Origin: an uncultured virus (IMG/VR IMGVR_UViG_3300028797_000119)
Taxonomy: Duplodnaviria > Heunggongvirae > Uroviricota > Caudoviricetes
Length of the DNA: 64,000 nucleotides
IMG/VR virus record: IMGVR_UViG_3300028797_000119
Direction: 5' to 3' (one strand)
Of the stretch, positions 39,103 to 49,306 are shown piece by piece. Position 1 is the stretch's first letter. The number at the start of each line of letters is the position of its first letter. The position numbers and the translations under genes were made by a program. The notes under the pieces were generated by a model that was given only the letters and a program-made list of their open reading frames with translations, ran no database searches and was not told where the DNA came from.

Positions 39103-39345
39103 CTACTTCAGGGTATTGACCCAGCGACCCTTGCCGTTCTCGCTATGCACATAGGTACGCTCGAAGACTCGGTTGCCGTCGGCATCCTCGACCCAGCAAC
39201 GGCCCGGATTCGTGCCGCCGAAGTGCGCTCCCTTCGCCATACGCAAGATGTCCTTCTTCGCGTCCGCACTGTTGCGGTATTCGAGCGGGAAGGCCAGCGT
39301 CGTACCGTTGTTCACGCTGTAATTTGCAAAAAATTTTCTCGGCAT
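39103..39345 (-). CDS. hypothetical protein
   Basis: ORF with RBS. Confidence 0.65.
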   Translation of the reverse strand: MPRKFFANYSVNNGTTLAFPLEYRNSADAKKDILRMAKGAHFGGTNPGRCWVEDADGNRVFERTYVHSENGKGRWVNTLK

Positions 39346-39354
39346 AACGACCCC

Positions 39355-39942
39355 CTAAAATTCCAAGGTGTAGACCTTGTTGTTCATCATTTCGTCGGAA
39401 TAGACTTCCGCACATTCAAGGGTGTCCGGTTCCCAGACTTCCCTCGCCCTGTCCACGGCCTTCGAGTGGTCGGGAGCGGCTACCTTGATGGTCTTGTTCA
39501 CATCCTTGCCGCTGTCCGTTCCGCTCAACACCACCCAGTAGGGGTCTCCGTCGATTCCGTGCTTCTCGCAGAACTCCTTCTGCATCTTGCGGACTTCGTC
39601 CCACGGCATAACCCTCAAAGGCTTGATGGTCTCCACGAGGATCCAGTCGCCGCCTTGGTGGAGGCTGCGCTTGTAGGTCTTCGTCTTGCCGGAACCCTCG
39701 CACTCTATCCACACCCTCTCCTCGCCGCTCGCCAGCTTCTCGTTCAAGTGAGCTGCGTAGGGAGTGAAGCAACAGTGCCAGCCGCCTGTCGGGTTGTCGT
39801 CAACCGACCTCGGCGCGAACCCCTTTGTCGGATGGTATTCGCACTGCATTTCCTCGCCAAACGTAAACGGCTTGCTCTTGTCGATGAACAACGGATAGCA
39901 GTTTCCGTCCTTTCCCTTGCGCACCAGCTTGTATACCTTCAT
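39355..39942 (-). CDS. phage-type hypothetical protein
   Basis: YPLFI, HPTKGFAPR..GWHC; junction element. Confidence 0.75.
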   Translation of the reverse strand: MKVYKLVRKGKDGNCYPLFIDKSKPFTFGEEMQCEYHPTKGFAPRSVDDNPTGGWHCCFTPYAAHLNEKLASGEERVWIECEGSGKTKTYKRSLHQGGDWILVETIKPLRVMPWDEVRKMQKEFCEKHGIDGDPYWVVLSGTDSGKDVNKTIKVAAPDHSKAVDRAREVWEPDTLECAEVYSDEMMNNKVYTLEF

Positions 39943-40110
39943 TTTAAACTCCTTGTTGATTGGTTACATACTACCGATGCGACCGATGGGGAAGCCCGGT
40001 TACAGCTTCGCCAGTACCTTTTCGAGTACGGCGGTCATCTTCTCGACGGCCTTCTCCTTGTTGTGGTTGTCCAAATTATAAAAGACGGTGGCAGTCCCGC
40101 CGTCGGCGGA

Positions 40111-40410
40111 TCAGTTCGTAAGATCCTTCAGCGCGGTCGCAAACCGATCCGGGTTATTGGTGTCGAATACCAATGAAGTGAACCATCCGCAACTGACATA
40201 TTCCCGCTTCCATATGGTGTAGCGCACAATGCCGTACTGCTTGCTAATATCGGCATCGTATTGCAATCCTTGCTCTTTTTTACGGTCAATAAGTCGGCAT
40301 GAGCCGACAGTATCGTCCAACGGAATCACAGTCGCTTCCGGAAAGTAAGCGCGTACAGTTACATAGAACTGTTCAAGTTCATGCTGCTTAAAATGACCAA
40401 TTCCAAACAT
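40111..40410 (-). CDS. hypothetical protein
   Basis: GGAGGA RBS. Confidence 0.65.
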   Translation of the reverse strand: MFGIGHFKQHELEQFYVTVRAYFPEATVIPLDDTVGSCRLIDRKKEQGLQYDADISKQYGIVRYTIWKREYVSCGWFTSLVFDTNNPDRFATALKDLTN

Positions 40411-40608
40411 AGTTCCTCCTAGTCTGTAGTTTCGAGAAAATAGGACAGTTCATCGTCCTTGAGGTTGTCCATGGCGTAGGCGTCGGCCTCCTTCCAGAGT
40501 TTGCCGTAGTCGGGTTCGGCCTTTTTCGATGTTTTCTTCTTGGTTGCCATAATAAAAACTCCTTTTTGGTTACATATACCCGATACCCCACTAGGGGAAA
40601 CCCGGCCT

Positions 40609-41061
40609 CTACATAATCACTCCCTTGACCAAGGGAACCTCTCCGAGCCGCCTCAACGCCATTTCGGTCTGCCACCCGCGGTCGAGAACGTCGAACAGAC
40701 CGTTCACCAGCTTGCTCTTGTCCTTCTTTCCCAACGCTCCCAAGGTCTCGTCCGTCATAGACAAGGACACCCTGTTCTGGTCCCCGCCGACCCATACTTT
40801 GAAGTCGAAGTAGCTACCGTTCTGCTTGAACATAATGACGAACCGAGGAAAGTCCTTCAGGGACAGCACCACCACGTCACCCTTGTCGTGGCTGTACTCG
40901 AAGTCCGTAAGGAGACAGTTGTTGCGGAAACGCATAAGCCTACGCTTCAGCAAGCCGCTGAAGTCCTTGTCGCCGAACCAGACGGTCTCGTCGTTGCAGA
41001 AGTCCGTTATCCGACCGTTACAAGCGGCTATATCGTGAGAAGTGACAATTCCGTTTTCCAT
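40609..41061 (-). CDS. hypothetical protein
   Basis: AAGGAG RBS, junction element. Confidence 0.75.
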   Translation of the reverse strand: MENGIVTSHDIAACNGRITDFCNDETVWFGDKDFSGLLKRRLMRFRNNCLLTDFEYSHDKGDVVVLSLKDFPRFVIMFKQNGSYFDFKVWVGGDQNRVSLSMTDETLGALGKKDKSKLVNGLFDVLDRGWQTEMALRRLGEVPLVKGVIM

Positions 41062-41122
41062 ATCTGTCTCCTTGTTTGGTTACATATAGACAATACTGGG
41101 TAAGGGGAAACCCGGACGGCTC

Positions 41123-41362
41123 CTACCCCTTCCCCTTCAGGTCTACCGCGTAAACGTGGTAGCCTTGTGCCAGAGTGGTCTTCTCGCGCTTGCCGCCTTC
41201 CACTTCGAAGTCGGCGAAGATGTGCTTACCGAACACCGCGTCCATATCCGAATCGTCGGTGAAACCGAACCCTATCCTAGCGTTGTACTTCTTCAGAAGG
41301 TTTCCCAGTTCCTTACGAAACTCCTTCTCGACCGAAGTCTTCTTTGTCTTTGCCGTTGCCAT
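41123..41362 (-). CDS. hypothetical protein
   Basis: AAGGAG RBS, junction element. Confidence 0.75.
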   Translation of the reverse strand: MATAKTKKTSVEKEFRKELGNLLKKYNARIGFGFTDDSDMDAVFGKHIFADFEVEGGKREKTTLAQGYHVYAVDLKGKG

Positions 41363-41427
41363 TTGAATCTCCTTGTTTGGTTACATATAGACAATAGTCG
41401 GTAAGGGGAAACCCGGTTCCCCCGTCG

Positions 41428-42279
41428 TCAGTATGAGTACGGACTGATACCGCCGTGCCACGAACACGCGCCTTGTCGGTGTTCCGCATAGCTCATAACG
41501 CCGTCATTGCACCGACACCCATATCGGCAAGTCTCGTAGTCGGATCCACCCCCACCGCCGCCTTTAGAGGCCGAGATTGCCCCGACCGTACCCAAGGCCA
41601 TTATTCCGACCGTCCCGACCGTCGCCCAGACCTCTTCTTCTTTCTCCTTTTCGGCTATTTCCGCTTCTGTATAGTCCTTTGTGCCGTTCAGGTGCAGACC
41701 GAACACCACGGATATGCCGAACCTATGCGTGGACATTATCATATCCATTTCGACAAGCATTCCCTTGTAGCTGGTCTTATCCCTAGACGATATGTAGCCG
41801 CCTAGACCGATTTTCATATATACTCCACCGTCCACACCGCCGTATGCGTAGGCATATTCATAACCAAGGGAAATGTTCACTATCGCGTGAGGCAGAGAAC
41901 CGCCAAATCCGAAACCGATATCGTGGAACACTATGGAACTGGTCTTGTCGTACCGAGTGCTCGCGTAGTTCGTATAGTTGTACGATGTGTATTCGTAGTT
42001 GACGTGGTTCTTGTGGAAGGCGTATTCCAAGAATAGGTTGAAATCGCCTACAATCGTCCCGAAGTCATCGTGCGGATTCAGACCTAGTCTGCCCATAACC
42101 TCTAGGTTAGGCATATCCGTATATTCGAAATCAGTAAATAGGCTGCTCGACCCCTTGGTGACTTCTTCTCCGTTCGGCATATCGAACGTATAGAAACCCC
42201 AAGACGGACCCAGCCCAAGGTCAATAAGATAGGCGTGGGAACATATTGACATAAGCAATACGATGATTAAGTGGCGCAT
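41428..42279 (-). CDS. secreted beta-barrel-like protein with C-terminal DUF3761-like Cys/His domain
   Basis: signal peptide, amphipathic beta strands, CRCNDGVMSY...GACSWHGGI. Confidence 0.65.
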   Translation of the reverse strand: MRHLIIVLLMSICSHAYLIDLGLGPSWGFYTFDMPNGEEVTKGSSSLFTDFEYTDMPNLEVMGRLGLNPHDDFGTIVGDFNLFLEYAFHKNHVNYEYTSYNYTNYASTRYDKTSSIVFHDIGFGFGGSLPHAIVNISLGYEYAYAYGGVDGGVYMKIGLGGYISSRDKTSYKGMLVEMDMIMSTHRFGISVVFGLHLNGTKDYTEAEIAEKEKEEEVWATVGTVGIMALGTVGAISASKGGGGGGSDYETCRYGCRCNDGVMSYAEHRQGACSWHGGISPYSY

Positions 42280-42795
42280 TTATATCTCCTAGTGGTTGGT
42301 TACAGATAACTGGTTGGGACGGTGGCACCCGTCCGAACACTGCACAGATTCCCCACTGGGGGAAACCCGGCTGCGCTCGGAAAGTGCCGCCAACTAGTCC
42401 CGTGTTCCCGGAACGTTCCCGACCGCCGGAACAGCGAGAACAGAGGTCTAGTTCTCGCATGTTGATGAAATGTTGATAAGTTGTGACCAAGTGTCGGCTG
42501 GTGGCGGCAAGTGGGCGGATCGCCCAAAAAGTGGCAAACCTGACAGGTGTCTGGACTAAGTAGCCGTCAATCGAGACATTTTGTTCCACGTGCGAGGGGT
42601 TGCCGCGTGGCGGCACTGGCTTGCACGTTTACGACACGCGACAGAATCTAGAAGGTGTTGATAAGATGTTGATAAAAATGTTTCATGTGGAACGTTAATA
42701 AACACCCCCGCCAAGAGCTACCGAGTTCGGTAAATCCGGCAGGGGTGCCGATTGAGTGTGCTACATGTCTAGAGATAGCACCTACGGAAAAATAA

Positions 42796-43383
42796 TTAAC
42801 TGTCAAGGCACTGTTTGACGTAGTTCGTGTCGAAGAAGTGGATTTTGAACGCTTGGATAAGTCTGTGGGCGTTCTGTTTCGACATGCCGTAACGTTTGGC
42901 GACCGTTTCGAGGGAATCTGTCGAGTTGACAAATTCTTTGAAAAGTTTTTCGCCTTTCTTTACTGCATCGAGCGACTTCTTTGAGTATTTGGTTTTGAAA
43001 ACGGCTGTAGACAGTTCGCTTGCAGCGAACTTGATTACATCAGCTTTCTCGCGGTGAGGTGGGATGACACCGTTGTTGACCAATTTCACTTCGTCCGGCG
43101 TAAGCGGTTTAGCCTTATAAAGTTTTTCGAATTGGATGTTGTGGAACTCAGCAACCTTAACAGCTTCGTTCCATGATTTGCCTTTGGGCAAGATGCCGGA
43201 CCGTAGTTGTTCGATCTGCTTGGGAGTCCACTTTTCGTCGACGATTTTAGCTTTATGGAAGGTGAAGCCGAGTTGTTTGGCTTTGATGTGACATGCTGCA
43301 TGGTGCGGATGGTTTTCAGGAATAATCCCACGTTTGAGCTTGTCGATATCCTCCTCAGTCCATTCATTATAGGTTCTACTCAT
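42796..43383 (-). CDS. putative DNA-binding protein (three WT..E/GI.P repeats plus HTH)
   Basis: WTEEDIDKLKRGIIP, WTPKQIEQLRSGILP, LTPDEVKLVNNGVIP, SLETVAKRYGMSKQNA; TTGACA-N17-TATATT at 43421-43449. Confidence 0.65.
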   Translation of the reverse strand: MSRTYNEWTEEDIDKLKRGIIPENHPHHAACHIKAKQLGFTFHKAKIVDEKWTPKQIEQLRSGILPKGKSWNEAVKVAEFHNIQFEKLYKAKPLTPDEVKLVNNGVIPPHREKADVIKFAASELSTAVFKTKYSKKSLDAVKKGEKLFKEFVNSTDSLETVAKRYGMSKQNAHRLIQAFKIHFFDTNYVKQCLDS

Positions 43384-43507
43384 ATTATGCTCCTTTTGGG
43401 AGATCTATTACACGAGTAGAAATATAGATTAAAATGGGCTAGATGTCAAGGTTTGTGATATATAAATGAGATATTTGGTCTGTGGAGACCCGGTCTAACG
43501 GGAAGAG

Positions 43508-44284
43508 TTACTTGCAGATGATGATGTTTTCCGGAATATACTGGAACCGTTTGACATCGTTCGTATCGCCACGACCAGCAGCGACCTTGATGACGGTCTG
43601 GATGGCCTTTTCACGCTGTTCTGGGGTGAAATAAAATTTTCTGTCGTGTTTGTCGAGGGACTTGATGTCGACAAATCCGATGAAGAAGCCAGTACCACCG
43701 TGGTTGTTACCGAGTCCGAAGGTGTTATAGTGGTAGACGGGGGGATCGGTTTCGACCCACCATATATTGTCGAAAAATACGAACTGGTCTACGACCTTCT
43801 GGGCAGCTTCACGGGCCTTGAGCATCGTGCTTGTGACGGCGACGGAGCCGAGGGTTTCGATATCTACTTCGGATTTGAAGAGTCTCTGGACTTCGGAGTT
43901 GATATCTGAGACTTGGTTTCGGATACGCCATTCGATTTCGTCTGTGACGATATCCTTGGAGTTCATATAGAGAGTCGAGACGGCGGAACCGTGGGAATAC
44001 ATTACCGGACGGTAAAGCTTTCCCTTGTATTTCCGGATTGGTGTATCGACGAGGCGGAATTTGCCTTTAGAGGAGTCTGTGAAGTCTTCGAAGGACTTGG
44101 CGTCTTTGTAGACGGAAGCGTAGTCACGGACGACGTAGACCTTTTCGAACTCCTTTTCATCGAGCTGGCGGCAGTCAAATTCGAAGGAGCGGGTGTAGAT
44201 TTGGTGGAGGTTACGGCGGTGACGGTTGGACCGGCGGAAGATACTGATGTAAGAGTATTTGGCTTCGAGCTTGAACAGTTTCAT
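43508..44284 (-). CDS. hypothetical protein
   Basis: AAGGAG RBS, junction element. Confidence 0.75.
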   Translation of the reverse strand: MKLFKLEAKYSYISIFRRSNRHRRNLHQIYTRSFEFDCRQLDEKEFEKVYVVRDYASVYKDAKSFEDFTDSSKGKFRLVDTPIRKYKGKLYRPVMYSHGSAVSTLYMNSKDIVTDEIEWRIRNQVSDINSEVQRLFKSEVDIETLGSVAVTSTMLKAREAAQKVVDQFVFFDNIWWVETDPPVYHYNTFGLGNNHGGTGFFIGFVDIKSLDKHDRKFYFTPEQREKAIQTVIKVAAGRGDTNDVKRFQYIPENIIICK

Positions 44285-44357
44285 ATAGACTCCTTTTTGG
44301 TGGTGTATAACCAGAATAGCCGGACTGGGGAAGCCCGGCTGGTTCTAGGGGTTCTGG

Positions 44358-44639
44358 TTACATACAGCGGTCATAGACTTGGTTGAAGACATCCTTGAAG
44401 GCAGCGGGGACAGAGTCGCACGCGACATTGATGGTCAAAAAGTCTTCTTCTTGGAAGGCGTTGGGGGTTCCTTCGTTATAGTTCATACCGATGTAGACGA
44501 GACCCTTGTCGTAGTCGATTTTGGAGATAAAGACGTGACGGTCGGTGAGCTGGATAGCCTTTTCGAGGGTCTGGATCTGGTCATCGGAGAAGATGTCCAT
44601 AGCTTTCTTGTCGGGGTTGGTGTGGATGATTTTCGGCAT
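44358..44639 (-). CDS. hypothetical protein
   Basis: AAGGAG RBS, junction element. Confidence 0.7.
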   Translation of the reverse strand: MPKIIHTNPDKKAMDIFSDDQIQTLEKAIQLTDRHVFISKIDYDKGLVYIGMNYNEGTPNAFQEEDFLTINVACDSVPAAFKDVFNQVYDRCM

Positions 44640-44711
44640 TGGAAACTCCTTTAGTTGAGCTTGGTTTACACTAACCATATTGGTGGTTAGGGGAAACCCG
44701 GCTGGGTCTAA

Positions 44712-45212
44712 TTAGTCGTCGAAGACGATTTTTCCATATTTATCGGCTTTTCTGGCCAGATTGTCAAACGATTTCATATGGAAAACAGCCGTGGACGCTT
44801 CTTGAATAGCTCTGGCGAGGCTGAATGCGAGATGGTAATAGGGTCGGACCTGTTTCTTGTTCGGTTTAGCGATAAGGTTGGTGCTCTTCATATAGGCGAC
44901 CTTCTCGTTACCCTTGAGGGTGAAGACCGGTTTGTCGGCCTCGAAGTAGGCAGCCAGACCAGTAGACTTTCCGTTTTGGTTGATACCGGCTGTGGATATA
45001 GTGACTTTAGCCCAAGCTGCCTTGATTACGACGGATTCACGACCTTCGTCGTCTTTTTCGTAAGAGATTTGGCACATCTTTGGGTAGATCTGTCGAAATT
45101 CGGCGAGATCGCCAGTAAACTGACTACCGGTTTCGTCTTTAAAGATGTAGTTCTGCTTTTCGAACATTTTCTGCAGCGTTTTGGCAGTAAGGGAAATAGA
45201 ACGGTTAGACAT
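44712..45212 (-). CDS. hypothetical protein
   Basis: AAGGAG RBS. Confidence 0.75.
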   Translation of the reverse strand: MSNRSISLTAKTLQKMFEKQNYIFKDETGSQFTGDLAEFRQIYPKMCQISYEKDDEGRESVVIKAAWAKVTISTAGINQNGKSTGLAAYFEADKPVFTLKGNEKVAYMKSTNLIAKPNKKQVRPYYHLAFSLARAIQEASTAVFHMKSFDNLARKADKYGKIVFDD

Positions 45213-45317
45213 AACTAATCTCCTTGATGATGGATATACATAACCGGCTGGGTTCGCTTTATAGATGATAGAGTTGGGGAAGCCCGGATAGGTGTAGTCA
45301 GTGGTAGTTAGAAATAA

Positions 45318-45440
45318 ATAAAAAATAGGCCGAGGAAAATCCTCGGTCTATATAAGCGGTTGGGCTACGAGTGTTTAGGTGGAAAAATGTTGTGGTTGTA
45401 GCCCGGTCGGCTCAGGGAGAGAACCGTCCTTACCGCTTGG
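45318..45440 (-). ncRNA. candidate small RNA (about 120 nt)
   Basis: TTGACA-N17-TATATT at 45446-45474, nested stems AAGCGGT/ACCGCTT and GGGCTAC/GTAGCCC, terminator hairpin plus T-run, no ORF. Confidence 0.55.
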
Positions 45441-45470
45441 TAACAAATATAGCAAATGAAAATTATTTTG

Positions 45471-46238
45471 TCAATTTTCCTCCAGTTTTTTCTTGTAGAG
45501 TTTGACGGCCTTGTTACCGGTTTCGACGGTCTGGACCAGATAGTCTCTGATGTTACCGAGTGGGTCCGGCTTGGAGCAGGGTATTTCGGAGTCGTCGACG
45601 AAGATGTGGTCGTCCAAGTTTCGGATGTACTGGGAATAGACGGCCCAGCTGTCGTCTTCTGGGTTGTATGAGAGCTGGAGCTGGATGTCGAAGTCCGGGA
45701 GCTGGTTGTAGATATTCTTGACGACGAAGATAAAATCTATGTAGTCGTCCTTGGGAGCGTCCATCACCCACTGGTCGATGACGGATGGACCGTTACCGAG
45801 ATCCGTGGAAAGAGCTGTCTTCAGCATACCCATCAGCTGTTCGCCTTCTTTCGAGCCACGGTAATGGGCGTACTTACGGAGGAGGGACGTGGAGTTGTCG
45901 GCGCAGATGCGGAGGGTGGACTGAGCCGTAGGGATTCCGAGGACGTGCCGGAGTTCGGATTCGAAGGTTTCGGAAACGTAGTCCTTTTCCTTGGTGCAAG
46001 CGATACAGTCGTCTACGTTCTTGGGGTTTTTGACGACGAGCTGGTAGACGAATCCCTTGAGTCTGGTGAAAACGACCAGTTCGACTGGGTAGATTCCGTA
46101 GGTAGCTGGGAATATCCAAGCGATGTCCTTGGAGATCTGCTTGATCTGGATGTGTTCCACGTCGATGACGAGCTTGTTCTTGGAGTCATCCTGGATCTGT
46201 TTGGCGATACATGAGAGGGAAAGACCATTGATTGACAT
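45471..46238 (-). CDS. hypothetical protein
   Basis: start refined to ATG 46238; junction element. Confidence 0.75.
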   Translation of the reverse strand: MSINGLSLSCIAKQIQDDSKNKLVIDVEHIQIKQISKDIAWIFPATYGIYPVELVVFTRLKGFVYQLVVKNPKNVDDCIACTKEKDYVSETFESELRHVLGIPTAQSTLRICADNSTSLLRKYAHYRGSKEGEQLMGMLKTALSTDLGNGPSVIDQWVMDAPKDDYIDFIFVVKNIYNQLPDFDIQLQLSYNPEDDSWAVYSQYIRNLDDHIFVDDSEIPCSKPDPLGNIRDYLVQTVETGNKAVKLYKKKLEEN

Positions 46239-46311
46239 ATTGAGAACTCCTTTTGGTTGGTTGTATAGGAAGAATGACCGGTCAAGGGAAACCCGGACCG
46301 GTCGAGACAGT

Positions 46312-46719
46312 TTACTCGATCTGTTCTTTGAGGCGACCGAGCTTGTCCATTTCCTTGCTGATTTCTTGTTTGATTTCAACCATCTTGAGGATTTCGTAGT
46401 GGATCGAGAAGACGGAAGCGAGGAACTTCTTGAACTGTCGGAGCGTCGCCTTGGTCTTGATGATGTTGATCTGGTAATTCCACTCGATACATTCGTCTGG
46501 GAACTTGGACTTGCAAATCTTGACATTGATGTCGTCGTCCTTGCGATGGAAGACGACGCAGCCTTCGTTCTTGTCTTGGTACTGGATGATCAAGCGACCG
46601 GATTCGTCGATTTTGGCCTTGTTGTTGAAGTCGCCGCCGAAGATGTCGTCGAGAGCCTTGGTGAACTTCTTGTTGTCGAAAAGGGTTTCTTTCTTCTGGA
46701 TGAGGGTGGTGAGATTCAT
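46312..46719 (-). CDS. hypothetical protein
   Basis: AAGGAG RBS, junction element. Confidence 0.75.
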   Translation of the reverse strand: MNLTTLIQKKETLFDNKKFTKALDDIFGGDFNNKAKIDESGRLIIQYQDKNEGCVVFHRKDDDINVKICKSKFPDECIEWNYQINIIKTKATLRQFKKFLASVFSIHYEILKMVEIKQEISKEMDKLGRLKEQIE

Positions 46720-46788
46720 TTGATACTCCTTTTGGTTGTATAGTGGTAATGACCAGTCTGGGGAAGCCCGGACCGGTCTGGGGAGTTA

Positions 46789-47370
46789 TTACGGCTTGAA
46801 CACCTCGATTTCCATCCGAGCGGCCTCGTCGGCATAACCGACCGGAACCGGTACCGAGCCTTTCGCCGGGTTCGGCGAGCCGTTCGGAAGTGTTTTCGCT
46901 TGGGCGAGGAAGTTGGATACTTTTTCTTCGAGAGAATCACCCGGGAAATCGATCTTGGTCGGGTCGTCGACTGAAATGAGAGCGGTCCAGAGCTTTTCGA
47001 CCCGGACGAGGGTGATATTGCAGTTGAAGAGCTTGAAGGTCGGATGTTTGGCGAGCCAGCCGTAAAACTTGTCGGCATAGCAATCGTCGTCGTCGACCTT
47101 GAAGAAACCGGCGTCTTCAAAATATTTTACCACCGCGACAAAGTCTGCGTTATCGTAGAGGTTGATCGCTTCGATGTAGGTCTTCTTCTTGTCGATTACG
47201 ACGGAGTTGCAGAAGGACTGGATATTAAAATCTTTAATTCCGGACTTGTCGAGCTTTTCCTTGAGAGCGGCTTCGGCCTTGTTGGCGGCTTCTTCGACGG
47301 AATCGGCAGCGACGTGGATGTTGAGTTTCTTGGTGATGTTGACTTGGACGATGTACTTGGGATTTTTCAT
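46789..47370 (-). CDS. hypothetical protein
   Basis: AAGGAG RBS. Confidence 0.75.
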   Translation of the reverse strand: MKNPKYIVQVNITKKLNIHVAADSVEEAANKAEAALKEKLDKSGIKDFNIQSFCNSVVIDKKKTYIEAINLYDNADFVAVVKYFEDAGFFKVDDDDCYADKFYGWLAKHPTFKLFNCNITLVRVEKLWTALISVDDPTKIDFPGDSLEEKVSNFLAQAKTLPNGSPNPAKGSVPVPVGYADEAARMEIEVFKP

Positions 47371-47374
47371 TTGG

Positions 47375-47566
47375 TTAGCTCCTTGCTGGAATGTCGATAT
47401 CGGCGATGGTGTCGTGAACGGACTTACCGGCGGTGAATCCTTTGATAAGTTCGTCGTTGTGTTCTACGATGAAGTCGTTGATCTCGTCGCCGTCGTAGTC
47501 GCGGTCGGCGAGGTATTCGTCGACACGGACGAGGAAGTCGTTGAATGCTTGGTTTACGTCTGACAT
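47375..47566 (-). CDS. small acidic protein
   Basis: AAGGA RBS. Confidence 0.65.
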   Translation of the reverse strand: MSDVNQAFNDFLVRVDEYLADRDYDGDEINDFIVEHNDELIKGFTAGKSVHDTIADIDIPARS

Positions 47567-47576
47567 ATAGTTTCCT

Positions 47577-47825
47577 TTAGTCGGCGAACTGGCCGTCTTC
47601 GTATCCGTCGCAGTAGTTGACGACGAGATCCTTGTCACCCTTGGGAAGGTCGGTACGTCTCGGCGAGCTGCTACGAGCGTCGTCGTTGCCTTTTTCCCAC
47701 CATTTATTGTTGAAGCCTTCGTTGTAGTCGTTCTGGGCTTCCGGAGAGGGGAAGTCGGTAGTCTTGCGCGGCTTTTCGTTTTCGGCGTCGTTTTCGCCTT
47801 GAGTGTTCCAGTTGATGTTTGTCAT
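47577..47825 (-). CDS. small acidic protein
   Basis: junction element. Confidence 0.7.
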   Translation of the reverse strand: MTNINWNTQGENDAENEKPRKTTDFPSPEAQNDYNEGFNNKWWEKGNDDARSSSPRRTDLPKGDKDLVVNYCDGYEDGQFAD

Positions 47826-47891
47826 ATTGAACTCCTTTTGGTTGTATAGGGAAAATATCCGGACTGGGGAAGCCCGGATATGATCAGCCAG

Positions 47892-48245
47892 TTAGTCGAG
47901 GTGGCAGACGCATTCGGCGTACACGCCAATGTCGTCACCCATTCCGAAACCGGTCTCCGATTCATCTGATTCGACGGCGGTGTAGACGTTCAGAGCGATA
48001 TTGTCGCTGTCTGGGTCGTCATCGACGTAGAAGAATTCGCCGTTGAACACGTAGTAGTCGTATTCGAATGCGAACCAGTGTTCTTCGGTGATTTCCTTCT
48101 TGCCCACGTTGTCCAGAATGAATTCGATTTCGTCGCCGTTGGTAAGCGTCAGCTTTACGGTGAGATCTTTCCCGAAGGGGGTGAGTTCGAGCTTGAGGTC
48201 GTCGAAGTCTGAATTGTCGCGTTCGTTGGAGGCTTTGAACTGCAT
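47892..48245 (-). CDS. very acidic protein
   Basis: AAGGAG RBS, D/E-rich. Confidence 0.7.
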   Translation of the reverse strand: MQFKASNERDNSDFDDLKLELTPFGKDLTVKLTLTNGDEIEFILDNVGKKEITEEHWFAFEYDYYVFNGEFFYVDDDPDSDNIALNVYTAVESDESETGFGMGDDIGVYAECVCHLD

Positions 48246-48255
48246 AATGTACTCC

Positions 48256-48660
48256 TTAGATGTCGGTGTTCATGAACTTGGAGATGGCGACGGCGAAAGT
48301 CTTGGTGGCTCCAAGAACCTTTTCGACCCATTCTTGAAGGTCTGGTGCGTCGGCAGCCTTGATACCGGAGAACTTGATTTGGTTGCAGAAGGTGACCGTG
48401 TAGACGACATCGCCGAGCTTGGTTTCTGCGAACTTGAGGACGATGTTGGTTCCTTCGGACGAGTTCTTTTTCTTGGGGGTGTAGGTAGCCGAGAAATAAT
48501 CGACTGTTACGGAGTGCGTTTTTGGGGACTGTTTAGTCACTTTATAATGCGGTTGGAGCGAGTCGTAAGTCAGCATACCGTCATAGAATACGACGGAACA
48601 GCACCGCTGGTCGAACGAGTCTCTGGCGCGGACGATTGCGTTATAGATGATTTCTTTCAT
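48256..48660 (-). CDS. hypothetical protein
   Basis: AAGGAG RBS. Confidence 0.75.
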   Translation of the reverse strand: MKEIIYNAIVRARDSFDQRCCSVVFYDGMLTYDSLQPHYKVTKQSPKTHSVTVDYFSATYTPKKKNSSEGTNIVLKFAETKLGDVVYTVTFCNQIKFSGIKAADAPDLQEWVEKVLGATKTFAVAISKFMNTDI

Positions 48661-48742
48661 TTTTGAACTCCTTGTTGGTTGGTATAGAAAAAATAAAAAG
48701 GGAAGGTAAGCCCGGACGGTGCCGGGCAGTTCCCAGAGTTTT

Positions 48743-49237
48743 TTAGTAGATGATCTTTTCGAGGCACTGTTTTTTACGGCTGATGTTCTCGATACTGGAG
48801 TCGATATCGTTGAGACACGCCTTGATGTAGAGAGCAGCTTCGAGAAGTGCTTCGATGGTCTGGAGCTTGCGGTGTCTGTAGTGGCGGAAGATGATCGTGC
48901 GGACGGACTGGGGAACAGTATTCCAGAGCTTGTCCTTTTCGGTGTCGGTGAGTTTCTTGCCGACGATGGCGAGTGAGAGACGGTTGAGTTCGGGGTAGAC
49001 CGTCAAGTAGATGGCACCGTGGGCAAATTTGGGGTCGTTGTACTGGTGGAAACGGAACTTGTATTCGACACGATCTTTCCAAGTGGAGACGATTGCCTTG
49101 CACTGGTTGTTTCGGAACATATTGTCCAGAACGGTCGAGAGCGGCTTGCTGTCCGGAACGCTAGGCAACTTCTTGCTGCGGTCGCTGAAACTGAAGGTTT
49201 CGACGGTAAGGGGTGGGATTTCTTTTTTCTTAGCCAT
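48743..49237 (-). CDS. hypothetical protein
   Basis: junction element. Confidence 0.75.
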   Translation of the reverse strand: MAKKKEIPPLTVETFSFSDRSKKLPSVPDSKPLSTVLDNMFRNNQCKAIVSTWKDRVEYKFRFHQYNDPKFAHGAIYLTVYPELNRLSLAIVGKKLTDTEKDKLWNTVPQSVRTIIFRHYRHRKLQTIEALLEAALYIKACLNDIDSSIENISRKKQCLEKIIY

Positions 49238-49306
49238 TGTGAACTCCTTTCTGGTTTGGTATATGGGAAATGACCAGTCTGGGGACGCCCGGACCGGTCT
49301 GGACAG

